The notes under the pieces: generated by a model | What the model saw: the letters and a program-made list of their open reading frames with translations, nothing else | The model's database searches: none | Told to the model about the DNA's origin: nothing | Source: Malacoraja senta | Taxonomy: Eukaryota | Length of the DNA: 64,000 bases | Assembly (NCBI GenBank): GCA_038087875.1 | Contig: CM075999.1 | Location: 2,420,001 to 2,484,000, forward strand | Direction: 5' to 3' | Translations under genes and position numbers: made by a program | In this document: piece by piece, positions 1-12,805 of the stretch | How positions within the stretch are numbered: position 1 is the stretch's first letter | How the letters are laid out: each line of letters begins with the position of its first letter

Positions 1-447
1 CTGTGAGGCAGCAACTCTACCGCTGCGCCACCGGCCTTTGTTTACCATCTCAGCTTAAAGACGCTGCCTCCTACAGTGCACCCCTCTTACAACAGTTACA
101 ATATACGGCACTTGGTTTGTCTCATGTACAGTGAAATTCATTTTTGTTTTCAGTTCTAAGTTCATGAGTGATAGCAGCAGAATTAGGCCATTCGGCCCAT
201 CACATCTACGCCATTCAATCATGGCTGATCTATCTCTCCCTCTCAACCCCATTCTCCTGCTTTCTCCGCATAGCGCCTGATACCCTGAGTTTAGTACAAG
301 TATCACTATGCATACGCACTTAGATTCATGTAATATCACTCCCTCCAGAATAGGAACAATTTTACAGAGGGCCAATTAACCTACAAGCCCGCATGTCTTT
401 GTGTTGTGGGAGGAAACCGGAGCACCCGGAGGAAACCCACGTGGTCA

Positions 448-730
448 ATAGACAATAGACAATAGGTGCAGGAGTAGGCCATTCGAGCCAGCACCGCCAT
501 TCAACGTGATCATGGCTGATCATCCCCAATCAGTACCCTGTTCCTGCCTTCTCCCCATATCCCCTGACTCTGCTATTTTAAGAGCCCTATCTAGCTCTCA
601 CTTGAAAGCATCCAGAGGGACCTGCCTCCACCGCCCTCTGAGGCAGAGAATGCCACAGACTCACAACTCTCTGTGAGAAAAAGTGTTTCCTCGTCACCGT
701 TCTAAATGGCTTACTCCTTATTCTTAATCG
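448..730 (-). mobile_element. CR1 LINE 3' fragment inserted in a SINE
   Basis: Same 3' UTR and tail. SINE sequence lies on both sides (365-447 and 731-785). Confidence 0.85.
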
Positions 731-1689
731 GTCACAGGGAAAACGCACACATTTCACACAGTCAGGATCGAACCCGGGTCTCAGCCTTAATATTACCAAT
801 AACAATATTTTAAAAGACAGTAGGGCAGGTACATGGTGGCTTCGGGTCCAATGTGAGAAAATGGGACCAGCTTAGACGGTCGGTGTGGATGAGTTGGGCT
901 GAAGGGCCTGTTTCTGTTCTGTATGACTGTATCTCTATAAATGTTAACTTCCTCCAATATATTTGTAACCTCTTAAAGTATCTTTCATTTTTATGTATCG
1001 TTGAGTCATTTGGGTTATTAAAGAAAGATTTATATATTGGTAAGTTTAATTTTCCCTCAGCAGACAACCTAATTGCTGTTATTTCCTGATTATTTTTTTT
1101 TACAAAGAATAGGCAATGAATATAAATCCTGAATTATTCCTGAGTTGTGATTGTGTGATTGAAGGAGACGTCCTCCTGAATGTCTAATCATCTGGAACCA
1201 TAACATGATTCTACTTTCCTTGTAACCCTTGTATCCCCTCTCTCCGTCCCTCCCCCACCCAAGTCGTTGTACCAGTTTCAAAGCCATCCTGTTGAGTCTC
1301 ATTGTCTGTAACTTGTTTTCACCCAGTCCCGCCTGTTTCCTTTACCATTGTCACTTTTCTGCATAACTTTCATTCATTTCTTCCATATCTCTCTACATCA
1401 CCGTCTATATCTCTCGTTTCCCTCTCCCCTGACTCCCAGCCTGACGAAGGGTCTCGACCTGAAACGTCACCTATTTCTTTTCTCCAGAGATGCTGCCTGT
1501 CCCGCTGAGTTACTCCGGCTTTCAAGAGGCAGGAGTGTTTTATTGCCATGTTTACCAGATAGAACAATGAAATTCTTACTTGCAGCAGCAGCACAACAGA
1601 ATATGTAAATACTGTAAACAATATGTTCAGTGTGTGTATATGTACACATACTCACACACATAGACGCATGTAGATTTTCACGTTCACAA

Positions 1690-2220
1690 ATAATAGTAGA
1701 AATAGGCCATTCAGCCCATTGAGTCCACTCCGCTATTCAATCATGGCTGATCTCTGCCTCCTAATCCCATTTTCCTGCCTTCTCCCCATAACCCTTGACA
1801 CCCGTTCTAGTCAAGAATTTGTCTCTCTCTGCCTTAAAAATATCCACTGACTTGGCCTCCACAGCCCTCTGTGGCAATGAGTTCCACAGATTAACTACTA
1901 AAGAAGTAGTTCTGACTAAAGAAGTTCCTCCTCACCTCCTTTCTAAAAGAGCGCCCTATAATTCTGAGGCTGTGACCTCTGGTCCTAGACTCTCCCACCA
2001 TTGGAAACATCCTCTCCACATCCACCTTATCTACACCATTTCAATGAGGTCCCTGCAAGTTTCAATGAGGTCCCCGCTCAACCTTCTAAACTCCAGCTAG
2101 TACAGGCTCAGTGCCGTCAAACGCTCATCATATGCTAACCCACTCATTCCTGGAATCATTCTTGTAAACCTCCTCTGGACCCTCTCCAGAGCCAGCACAT
2201 CCTTCCTCAGATATGGGGCC
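1690..2220 (-). mobile_element. Older CR1 subfamily 3' fragment
   Basis: APYLRKDVLALERVQRRFTRMIPGMSGLAYDERL on the minus strand. Confidence 0.85.
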
Positions 2221-2699
2221 GAGATTTTGTGTCTATCTACATGTTTCTCAACCCCCCCCCCCACCCCCCCCCCAACCCTCCACCAGTGTTCCCATCGCCT
2301 CAACTCCTAGCCTCATTGTAGCTGGCAGGCTGCAAACCCCAGTCGCAAAGATTTCATTCGATCTTCAAACATTCTCTGTGAAGCTGCCGAAGATCTTGAG
2401 CGCCAACGTTAGCGAACAGGTCAGGCCGCAGTCAGTGAAATGCTAATTCCAAAAGCCTCTGGGAGCCTTCGAAGTGGAACAATCACACAAAGTGACCCAG
2501 GTTACATTAAAGGGGGTCAAAATGCCCGTTGGACTGTTATAGAGTTCCTAGAGTGGTACGTCATGGACGTCTGAAGAAGGGTCTCGACCCAAAACGTCGC
2601 CCGTTCCTTCTCTCCGGAGACGCTGCCTGTGCCGCTGACTTACTCCAGCTTTTTGTGCCTATCTTCGGTTTAAACCAGCATCTGCAGTTCCTTCCTGCA

Positions 2700-2870
2700 C
2701 AATTATATCGGAGACTTGTCTAACCAGACGCAGGAACGGGAAGTACACATTCCCGGATACAATGCATTCAGGAAGGATAAGTAAACAAATAGGGGAAAAG
2801 GGTGTGTGGTTTTGGAGACCGAGGTTAACAATGCAGTTGTTCAGAGAGAGAATACTCCCAGAGGGTTCAT
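2700..2870 (+). mobile_element. Highly decayed CR1 APE-endonuclease fragment
   Basis: Reads roughly IPGYNAFRKD*..RGKGCVVL..AVVQRE, comparable to IQGYSIFRRDREKGKGGGVALL..AVERK in the CR1 at ~51905. Confidence 0.6.
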
Positions 2871-3885
2871 AGACTATTTGTTTAGTTACAGAACAGAAAG
2901 GATGGTGTTAAATATGGGTGCGTATACAGGATACACAAGGAACTGCAGATGCTGGCATCTTGAGCAAAGCACAAAATGCTGGAGGAACTCAACGGGTCAG
3001 GCAGCATCTGTGGAGGGAATGGGCTCAACACACATCTGGACACTACATACATATGGACACATTGAGTCTGAAGAAGGGTCTCGACCCGAAACATCACCCA
3101 TTCCTGCTCTCCAGAGATGCCGCCTGTCCCGCTGAGTTACTCCAGCATTTTGTGTCTATCTTAAGAACAATTGCATGTATTTTCAAGGACCCTGCTGTGA
3201 TATGACACTGAAGGATCTCTGAATCAGATGGGGAGCAGGCAGGAGAATGTCAAATCAAGTCATGTCAACATTATTTGTCACATACACATACAAGATGTGC
3301 AGTGAAATGAAAGTGGCCATGCCTGCGGATTGTGCAAAAACTACAGAACAACTGAACAGAATAGGACAGAACCAGCATTTACATTTTAGATTTTTTTTTT
3401 AAAACGACACAACACAACAGTAAATTAGTCCCTGGTGGGATAAAAGTTTACAGTCCTGATGGCCTGTGGGAAACCCCCCCCCCCCATGGAGTTGAGAGAG
3501 AAAGATAGCTCAGCAATGATGAACGGCAGAGTAGTCTCGATGGGCCGAATTACCTAATTCTACTCCTATAACATGATCTTATGAGCTCAGATGTCATCTG
3601 CATGTAACGTACCTGCTTGATATTGTTTACTACTGAAAGGAAATATATAAATATCAGGCAGGTCTGATATAGTGCGATGGTTTAGTTCCTAAGAAACCTC
3701 GAAATATGAAAACAAATGGGGAAATGGCGATTAGGGGTGAGTGAGTTTCTGACTCGCAATAACAACGTTATTTTTCCTGCAGGATTTAAAAAAATGAAGT
3801 TCTTTTCAATAGCCAAGTCTATTTTTGTTACTGCAAGCTAATAAAACTGAAGGCTTTATGTTCCGTTGTTTAAAAGAGTATCAAT

Positions 3886-4386
3886 AACAATAGACAATAG
3901 GTGCAGGAGTTGGCCATTTGGCCCTTTGAGCCAGCACCGCCATTCAATGTGAACATGGCTCATCATCCCCAATCAGTACCCCGTTCCTGCCTTCTCTCCA
4001 TATCCCCTGACTCCGCTATCTTTAAGAGCTCTATCTAGCTCTGTCTTGAAAGCATCCAGAGAACCTGCCTCCACCGCCCTCTGAGGCAGAGAATTCCAGA
4101 GACTCACCACTCTCTGTGAGAAAAAGTGTTTCCTCGTCTCCGTTCTAAATGGCTTACTCCTTATTCTTAAACTGTGGCCCCTGGTTCTGGACTCCCCCAA
4201 CATCGGGAACATGTTTCCTGCCTCTAGCGTGTCCAAGCCCTTAACAATCTTATATGTTTCAATGAGATTCCCTCTCATCCTTCTAAACTCCAGAGTGTAA
4301 AAGCCCAGCTGCTCCATTCTCTCAGCATATGACAGTCCCGCCATCCCGGGAATTAACCTTGTAAACCTACGCTGCACTCCCTCAAT
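3886..4386 (-). mobile_element. CR1 LINE 3' fragment
   Basis: ORF 3973-4443 gives IEGVQRRFTRLIPGM...GYGEKAGTGY; (CTATTGT)n tail. Confidence 0.92.
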
Positions 4387-4666
4387 CATTGCACAAGTAG
4401 ATAGACACGGAAAGCTGGAGTAACTCAGCGGGTCAGGCAGCATCTCTGGAGAAAAGGGATAGGTGACGTCTCGGGTCGAGGCCCTTCTTCAGACTGTGGT
4501 AGCGAGTCTGGGTTAAAACCCGGTGGTGGAGCCGACGAACAGGAGGAATCAACGAGGGGGAGCAGTGAGAGAGAGGATGCTGTAGAACTCTCGTCGGAGA
4601 GAGGAGGAGAACTTCTTCAAAGTAGGCACACCTTGAGGAGATTCTCGCAGCGGAGCAGAAAGTTCA

Positions 4667-5176
4667 ATAGACAATAGACAATAGGTGCAGGTGTAGGCCA
4701 TTCGGCCCTTCGAGCCAGCACCGCCATTCAATGTGATCATGGCTGATCATCCCCAATCAGTACCCCGTTCCTGCCTTCTCCCCATATCCCCTGAATCCGC
4801 TATTTTTAAGAGCCCTATCTAACTCTCTCTTGAAAGTATCCAGAGAACCTGTCTCCACCACCCTCTGAGGCAGAGAATTCCACAGACTCACCACTCTCTG
4901 TGTGAAAATGTTTATCCTCATCTCAGTTCTAAATGGCCGACCCCTTAGTCTTAAACTGTGGCCCCTGGTTCTGGATTCCCCCAACATTGGGAACATGTTT
5001 CCTGCCTCTAGCGTGTTCAAATCCTTAATAATCTTATATATTTCAATGAGATATCCTCTCATCCTTCTAAACTCCAGAGTGCACAAGCTCAGCTGCTCCA
5101 TTCTCTCAGCATATGACAGTCCCGCCATCCCGGGAATTAACCTCGTGAACCTACGCTGCACTCCCTCAATAGCAAT
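4667..5176 (-). mobile_element. CR1 LINE 3' fragment
   Basis: ORF 4757-5182 gives the same CR1 ORF2 C-terminus; same tail. Confidence 0.92.
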
Positions 5177-5231
5177 TCCCACGTCAGTGCACAGGTGTCA
5201 ATAGAAGTGGATTCTGCGACCCAACATTTAT

Positions 5232-5523
5232 GGGCAGCAGGGTGACGCAGCGGTAGAGTTGCTGCCTTACAGCGCCAAGGACCCGGGTTCGATCCTGCCT
5301 ACGGGCGCTGTCTGTACGGAGTTTGCACGTTGGTTTTCTCCGGGTGCTCCAGTTTCCTCCCACACTCCAAAGACGTGCCGCTTTGTAGGTTAATTGGCTT
5401 GGTATAAATGTAAATTGTCCCTCGTGTGTGTAGAATAGTGTTAACATGCGGGGATCGCTGGTCGGTGTGGACTCGGTGGGCCAAAGGGCCTGTTTCCGTG
5501 CTGTATCTCTAAACTAAACTAAA
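5232..5523 (+). mobile_element. HE1-like tRNA-derived V-SINE
   Basis: A box (ggtgacgcagcggtag), B box (ggttcgatcc), V-domain-like core (ggagtttgcacgtt...ccgggtgctccagtttcctccca), CR1-like 3' tail and (TAAAC)n. Confidence 0.88.
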
Positions 5524-6414
5524 TCTACATCTCATCCTAAACCTAAATAAAGCTCTTTGGCATTTTCCGTGGATGAGAAAGGCGCTATAGAAATGAACAA
5601 ATCCTCCTTTCACAGCAGAACCTATAGTAGAGCATTGTGTAACACTCAAAGAGACACAATTAATTTTCACCATGCAACCACTGATTACACTCCAAAATAA
5701 ATACTGATTTAGGATTCAGTATTGACTGCAAGTCCAAGCGCACTAATTAAAAGTAAAGGTGAGTGAATTCTGAATTGACTATTGATTAACTGAAAATAAC
5801 TGCTCATAGAAAGCACCATTGCCAGCCTGCAATGCCGAGAGGCTTTCAGTGGAGATGGCAAATAGTGTTTGTGGCAAATGCCTGTAACCGAGGCGCAGCA
5901 GGTAGAGCTGCTGCCTCACCGCGCCAGAGACCCAGGTTCGATCCTGACCTCGTGTGCTGCCTGTGTGGAGTTTGAACGTTTTTCCTGTGATCGCCTGGGT
6001 TTCATAAATTCACAAGCTCGTAAGTCATTGGAGCAGAATTAGGCCATTCAGTGCTGGAGTAACTCATCGGGTCGGGCAGCATCTGTGGAGGACAGGGATA
6101 GGTGACGTTTCACAGAGTGCTGGAGTAACTCAGCGGGTCAGGCAGCATCTCTGGAGGACAGGGATAGGCAACATTTCCGGTCTGACGAAAGGGATCCAAC
6201 CCAAAACGTTGCCTATCCATGATCTCCAGCGATGCTGCCTGACCAGCTGAGTTACGCCGGCATCTTGCGTTCCTTTTTGTAAAACAACAATCGCAGTTCC
6301 TTGTTTCTACATTTAAAAGACATTTTTACAAGTACACGGATATGGAATGTTTGTAGTTGTACGGTAAAAATACGTGGAGGTTTATGGGCATATAGGCCTA
6401 TGGGACTAGCTTAA

Positions 6415-6799
6415 CATTGTTAAGGGCTTGGACACGCTAGAGGCAGGAAACATGTTCCTGATGTTGGGGGAGTCCAGAACCAGGGGCCACAGTTTAAGAA
6501 TAAGGGGTCGGCCATTTAGAACGGAGACGAGGAAACACTTTTTCTCACAGAGAGTGGTGAGTCTGTGGAATTCTCTGCCTCAGAGGGCGGTGGAGGCCGG
6601 TTCTCCGGATGCTTTCAAGAGAGAGCTAAATAGGGCTCTCAAAAATAGCGGAGTCAGGGGATATGGGGAGAAGGCAGGAACGGGGTACTGATTGGGGATG
6701 ATCAGCCATGATCACATTGAATGGCGGTGCTGGCTCAAAGGGCCGAATGGCCTACTCCTGCACCTATTGTCTATTGTCTATTGTCTATTGTCTATTGTC
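6415..6799 (+). mobile_element. CR1 LINE 3' fragment
   Basis: ORF 6428-6691; about five CTATTGT tail units. Confidence 0.92.
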
Positions 6800-7414
6800 T
6801 TAGATGGGGCATCTTGGTCGGCATGGACCAGTTGGGCCAAAGGGCCTGTTTCCACGTTGTATCTCTAAACTAAACTAAAACTAAATGGTTACTTGAATCA
6901 TAAAGGGCAAGAGCAAGAGTCTGTCAGCATCGTACGACCACATCCTGTGTGTGTTTGTCACCACTGTGGCATGACCTGCGATTGTAACATCACTCAGCGG
7001 ACATCGATGTCGCTGTTCTGTGGTGGTGTATCATGACTCACTTGCAAGCAGATGCCAACAGAATGACTGATCTGTGAGCAAGACGAAGATGAACCAACAG
7101 GATCTGTTTGCAGCTCCCGGCTTGGCAGGAGAAATATGAGCTTGGTCTGCAATGTGAATTGCCCTGATACGGGCCACACACACAGCACGGTGTACACATG
7201 CACACAAAACGCTGGAGTAACTCGGAGTCAGGCAGCATCCCTGGAGAGAAGGAATGGGTGACGTTTCGGGTCGAGACCCTTCTTCAGACTTCAGACACCA
7301 CGCTATTCGAATCCATTTTTTAAAATCTCTCCATATTGCCAACAATTCCCCCCAGATTCTACAACACAGCTACACATTTACAACAATTGATACAGGCCAA
7401 TAATCCTGCCTTCA

Positions 7415-7812
7415 GGGGCGGTACGATGGCGCAGCGGTAGAGTCACTGCCTCACAGCGCCAGAGACACGGGTTCGATCCCGACTACGGGTGCTGTCTGTA
7501 TGGAGTTAGTACGTTCTCCCTGTGGCCACGTGGGTTTTCTCCAGGTGCTCCAGTTTCCTCCTACACTCCAAAGACCAGTTACGGTTTTTTATTGTCACGT
7601 GTACCGAGGTATAGTGAAAAGCTTTTGTTGCGTGCACAAGGGCGTACAGGTTTGTAGGTTAATTGACTTCGGTAAAAATTGTAAATTGTCCCTAGTGTGT
7701 GTAGGATAGTGTTGGTGTGCGGGGATCGCTGGTTGGCGCGGACTTGGTGGGCCGAAGGGCCTGTTTCCACGCTCTATCTCTAAACTAAACTCAACCTAAC
7801 TCTAAACTAAAC
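7415..7812 (+). mobile_element. HE1-like V-SINE with a small internal insertion
   Basis: Same layout; a reversed LINE tail is inserted at ~7576-7640. Confidence 0.85.
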
Positions 7813-9272
7813 TATTTGTTTAAGAAGGAACTGCAGATGCTGGAAAATCGAAGGTAGACAAAAGTGCTGGAGAAACTCAGCGGGTGCAGCAGCATCTATG
7901 GAGCGAAGGAAATAGGCAACGTTTCGGGACGAAACCCTTAAGGGTTTCGGCCCGAAACGTTGCCTATTTCCTTAAGGGTTTCGGCCCGAAACGTTGCCTA
8001 TTTCCTTCGCTCCATAGATGCTGCCTCACCCGCTGAGTTTCTCCAGCATTTTTGTCTACCTCTGAAGGCTGATGGCTCTTCCAAATTGGGAAGAGAAAAA
8101 AAGGACGAAAGTGAAGTTAGCTCCAAAAAAAAAAAGCTCGATTTAATCATGAACGGAACAAATGCCGTCCTTTGTATTCCACGGATCATCTGAACCCTGA
8201 CCTTCGCCCTCTGACAGCTGCAGGCACCGTGAAATCTGGTGCAGACAATTCACTCATATTTACGCACGGATTTCCTGTTTGCTCAAGGTTTTGAACAAAG
8301 ATCTCTACCAATTCCGACACACTTTCGGGGACTCCTTGCAAATATAACTAATTTCCCAGGGACCTTCAGCAAACAGTGTTAGGCTGTAAACAGAGGCAAC
8401 CTCTCAATGGTCATTGAAGTTGTCTTGGGGGCCTCCGTGAGATGGAGGAATGCGGCAAAAAAAAAACTACCTGTTGGGAAGCTGAGCTCAGCTTAGTTTA
8501 GGAAGGAACTGCAGATTCTGGTTTACACCGAAGATAGACACAAAATGCTGGGGTAACTCGGCGGGACGGGCAGCTCGTTTTCACACCTTCCCCTTCCACC
8601 TCTCCCCACGACTCTCAGTCTGAAGAAAGGTCTCCTCTCGAAAACGTCACCCATTCCTTCTCTCCAGAGATGCTGCCTGTCCCGCTGAGTTACCCCAGCA
8701 TTTTGTGTCTATCTTCGGTGTAAACCAGAATCTGCAGTTCCTTCCAAACTAAGCTGAGCTCAGCTTCCCAAACGTTGCCTGTTTCCTTCGCTCCATAGAT
8801 GCTGCTGCACCCGCTGAGTTTCTCCAGCACTTTTGTCTACCTTCGATTTTCCAGCACCTGCAGTTCCTTCTTAAACATCAGCCTTCAGATCCTGAGGACC
8901 CAAGGATTGGGATTTCGCCAGTTGGAGGGTTTTAGTTTTTAAGAGAGACAGCGTGGAAACAGGCCCTTCGGCCCACTGAGTCCGCGCCGACCGGTGATCA
9001 CCCGTACACTAGTTCTATCCCACACACTAGGGACAATTTACAGAAGCCAATTAACCTACAAACCCGCACGAATGTGAGGGAAAACCGGAGCACCCGGGTT
9101 CGATCCTGACTACAGGCGCTGTCTGTACGGAGTTTGCATGTTCTCCCTGTGACCTCGTGGGTTTTCTCCGGGATCTCTGGTTTCTTCCCCCGCTCCAAAG
9201 ACGTGCAGATTTGAAGATTAATTGGCTTCAGTAAAAAATTGTAAATTGTCCCTAATGTGTAGGATAGTGTTA

Positions 9273-9787
9273 AGGGGCTGTCCCACGGGCATGCGACTCC
9301 ATTCGGCAAGCGCGACCTAACCGCAAGCGGGGGCCGCGCGGGGGCCGCGCAGAGGTCGAGTGATCCCCGTACAGGGCCGGTCCCACCAGCATGCGGCTGC
9401 ATGCGGCAAGCGCTACCAAATCGGAAGCGGGGGCCGCGCGGAGGTCGAGTGACGACAAGACGGTGCGTACGGCGGCGAGGCTGAGCGCACGGCCTCGATG
9501 CGGCTGCGTCTGGCGTCGAGGCGGTGCGTACGGCGTTGAGGCGGTGCGTACGGCGTTGAGGCGGGTGCGTACGGCGTCGTGGCGGCTGCGGGCCGGCAGG
9601 CCGTTGCCGCACGGAAATTTTGAACAGTGTCAGTTTTTCGGAGCCCCGCGCGATGTCGGGACCAGCTCCGCACAACTCATACGGCTCCGGCGATCGAAGT
9701 GGACCGGTCCCGCGACCTCCGCGCGGCCCCCGCTTGCGGTTAGGTCGCGCTTGCCGCATGGAGTCGCATGCCCGTGGGACAGGCCCT
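9273..9787. mobile_element. PIF/Harbinger-type MITE (GC-rich) inserted in a SINE
   Basis: ~65-bp TIRs beginning AGGG(G/C)CTGTCCCAC; TTA TSD at 9270-9272 and 9788-9790; the empty site restores the SINE consensus gatagtgttagtgt. Confidence 0.88.
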
Positions 9788-10142
9788 TTAGTGTACGGGG
9801 ATCGCTGGTCTGAGCGGACTCAGTGGGCCCAAATGGCCTGTTTCCGCACTGTGTCTCTAAAGTCTAAAGTCTATTATCTTTCTGCAGCTGGGAGATGGTT
9901 AATAATAAGGTGCCATAAATAAGATGAATACACAATTCTACTTTATGATTCATTGGGTCAATTAAAACAGGAATTAAGACTCGGTGGGCCGAAGGGCCTG
10001 TTTTCACACTGTATCTCTAAACTAAACTAAAGCTGATGAGGTCTGTCAACACAATAGATCAGCCCTGGGATGGAAACTGTCAAACAAGATGAAGGGTTTT
10101 CTTTCTAAAGACCATATTGTGATCACATAAAAGAAAATGACA

Positions 10143-10700
10143 TGTGCAGGAAGGAACTGCAGATGCTGGTTTACACCGAAGATAGACACAAAGTGCTGGA
10201 GTAACTCAGTGGGACAGGCAGCATCTCTGGAGAGAAGGAATGGGTGACGTTTCAGGTCGAGACCCTTCTTCAGACTGAGAGTCAGGGGAGAGGGAAACTA
10301 TGATATGGAAGAGTAAAGGGTGAAAACAACAGATCAAACAAGCAGATGAGGATAAGGAAATGTAGAATGGTTCATTGTTGGCTGAGGGGAAGGTGACAAC
10401 AAGGCAGACAAACTGTAAAATTGATCAGGAGGACGGTGAAACTAGTCGGAGAACTAGGGTGGGGGAGGGATGGAGACAGAGGGAAAGCAGGGGTTACTTG
10501 AAGTTTGAGAAGTCATTGTTCATACCGCTGGGGTGTAAGCTGCCCAAGCGAAATATGAGGCGCTGTTCCTCCAATTTGCGCTGGGCCTCACTCTGACAAT
10601 GGAGGAGGCCCAGGACAGAGAGGTCAGTGTGGGAATGGGAGGGGGAGTTGAAGTCTTTGACAACCGGGAGATCAGGTAGGTCGAGGCGGACTGAGCGGAA
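10143..10700 (-). mobile_element. Penelope-like 3' fragment (similar minus-strand copies at 17240-17465, 21915-22380, 32655-33122, 34505-34835, 63575-63865)
   Basis: Reverse complement of the GIY-YIG tail, UTR and hammerhead block seen at 33690-34475. Confidence 0.8.
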
Positions 10701-11100
10701 TAACCTGTTCTGTATTCAGAGTGACTGTGAATGACGGCACACTATTGAGAAATGTTGAATGAACTTGAATGGCCTTTTCCCCACACAGACCTTGTTTGGG
10801 AATGGGAATGGGAAGGGAAGTGTTTAGCAACCGACGACATGTTCACTTACTTGGGGACGGTGCTACTGCAAGATGTTGCCAGTGTGGGTTTAGGGATAGA
10901 TTCTCATTGACGCCTCGAGTAGATTAGGTCAACACCAGGTCAGAATGCTCAAGAACTGACCTGTTCCACATTTCACTGACATGTCTCCACTGGTTCCTCT
11001 TTCTGGTGGTTAGTTTACCTTCCATTTTATAAAACACATTTCATCTCATATTTCGCTTGGGCAGCTTACAGCCCAATGGTATGAATATTGATTTCTCTAA

Positions 11101-11335
11101 AGGGCCTGTCCCACTTGGCGATTTTTTCGGTGACTGCCGGAGTCATATCAGTGTCGTCAAAAGGTTTTGAACATTTCAAAATCCAGCGGCGACAAAAAAA
11201 TGTTGCAACACTTGAAAAAACACCGCGCGTCAATACGTCATCACGCCGCGTCACGCCGCAAATTTTTCGGTGACCCGATACATCAGACAATGATGCCGGC
11301 GGTGGCAGAAAAAATCGCCAACTGGGACAGGCCCA
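11101..11335. mobile_element. PIF/Harbinger-type MITE
   Basis: TIR agggcctgtcccacttggcgattttttc / gaaaaaatcgccaactgggacaggccca; TAA TSD; the empty site restores atttctctaacttca. Confidence 0.88.
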
Positions 11336-11534
11336 TAACTTCATGTAGCCCCGGCAGTCCCTCTCTCTCCGTCTCTCCCCCACCCAAGTCGCACCAGCTT
11401 CTCGTTTTCACCCAACAAACAGCTAACAATGGCCTGTTTCCTTTATCATCCTCACTTTTTTGCATATCTTTCATTCATTGTTCTTTATCTCTCTACATCA
11501 CCGTCTATATCTCTCGTTTCCCTTATCCCTAACC

Positions 11535-11568
11535 GGTCTGAAGAAGGGTCTCGACCCGAAACGTCACC
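11535..11568 (+). ncRNA. Minimal type I hammerhead ribozyme motif (representative of dozens of copies)
   Basis: GGU-CUGAAGA-A-GGGU[CUCG]ACCC-GAAAC-GUC-ACC: conserved CUGANGA and GAAA cores, hairpin II, GUC cleavage triplet, GGU/ACC helix I, and palindromic ACGU in place of helix III. Confidence 0.75.
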
Positions 11569-12245
11569 CATTCCTTCTCTCCAGAGATGTTGCCTGTCCC
11601 GCTGAGTCACTCCAGCTTTTTGTGTCTGCCTTCGGTTTAAACCAGCATCTGCAGTTCCTTCCTACACATTTCACCTTGATGTGTTCAACTTGCGATCCAA
11701 AGTGATGCGTTGCAAATATTACACTTTGACTCACTTTAATTAAACAGAGCAATGTTGATAGAAAGTTAAATATTGACCAGAGCACAAGGTTTACTCTTAC
11801 AATCTTTTACAAAACAGTGACATGGAATATTTCACATCCATCTCAGGGACCAGGTGGGGCCTTGACCTAATGTTGTTCTTTTGATACATGGAAGATTCTT
11901 CAGGAACACAATCGGGTAGACTGGGATGTTTCCACCAGTGGGAGAGTCTTGAATGAGGAGACAGAATGCAATCCTGAGCTACTAGTTACCTCATTGGAGA
12001 CCCTTGGACAATCTTCAATCAGACTTTACTAGACTTTATCTGGCACTAAATGGTATTCCCTTTACCATGTGCCTGTGTGCTGTGGACAGCTCGATTGTAA
12101 TCAGCCAGGGTGGTGCCTGGTAGGTCCCTTGTTGGCTAGGGAAAGGTGTGATCTCAAGAGAAAGAACGTGGAGAACTGAGGAACTGGTAAATCGACTGGG
12201 GTTGAGGAAGGCAGCAAGGAGGGAAGAGAGGGGAGGGGAGAGTAA

Positions 12246-12449
12246 AAGGCCTGTCCCACTTGGGTGTCATTTGCATGTCATGCTTGTGGCGCGCGAAGAT
12301 TTTGTGAACCCCAAAATCCTGGGGAGCCGTGCGCGACCGCGCGTCACTGCCTACGCCACCACGTCTCACCGCACGCCATGCGTGCGTCACGACGCGCACG
12401 TGAAAAGTAAATGATGTCGCGCAAATAACGCCCAAGTGGGACAGGCCCT
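12246..12449. mobile_element. PIF/Harbinger-type MITE
   Basis: aaggcctgtcccacttggg ... cccaagtgggacaggccct; flanks TAA/TCA. Confidence 0.82.
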
Positions 12450-12488
12450 TCAGTAGAAGTTACTCAAAATTAGAGAATTCAATATTCA

Positions 12489-12694
12489 TAAAATGCTGGA
12501 GAAACTCAGCAGGTGCAGCAGCATCTATGGAGCGAAGGAAATAGGCAACGTTTCGGCCCGAAACCCTTCCGGGTTTCGGCCCGAAACGTTACCTATTTCC
12601 TTCCTGAAGTGTTTCAGCCCGAAAACGTTGCCTATTTCCTTCGCTCCATAGATGCTGCTGCACCCGCTGAGTTTCTCCAGCATTTTTGTGTACC
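12489..12694. mobile_element. Palindromic Penelope-derived element
   Basis: 11-bp TSD ttcaatattca at 12478-12488 and 12695-12705. Confidence 0.82.
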
Positions 12695-12805
12695 TTCAAT
12701 ATTCAGACTGTTGGGTTGTCAGCTATCCAAGAACAGTATGAGGGATGAACGTTGAATTCTTGAATTTTAAGGGATATCTACTGGATCAAAGTGGCATTTG
12801 GATAA

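Larger units (their letters stand above)
11040..11668 (+). mobile_element. Penelope-like 3' fragment interrupted by a MITE
   Basis: HLIFRLGSLQPNGMNIDFS then MITE 11101-11335, then 3' UTR, hammerhead motif and terminal ...gttccttcctacac. Confidence 0.82.

Noticed and set aside
5232..5310. tRNA genes at the many A-box/B-box heads
   Set aside because: Each continues into the SINE core and tail, and I could not fold a proper cloverleaf; these are SINE heads.
7050..7170. Possible minus-strand exon (strong GTGAGT donor; one frame reads HCRPSSYFSCQAGSC, vaguely LDL-receptor class A-like)
   Set aside because: Weak acceptor, lacks the downstream CD...DC.D.SDE residues, and has no partner exons; cannot be supported without RNA-seq or homology.
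8998..9922. 253-aa and overlapping Arg/Pro-rich ORFs
   Set aside because: Stop-poor GC-rich MITE plus SINE sequence; no domain signature.
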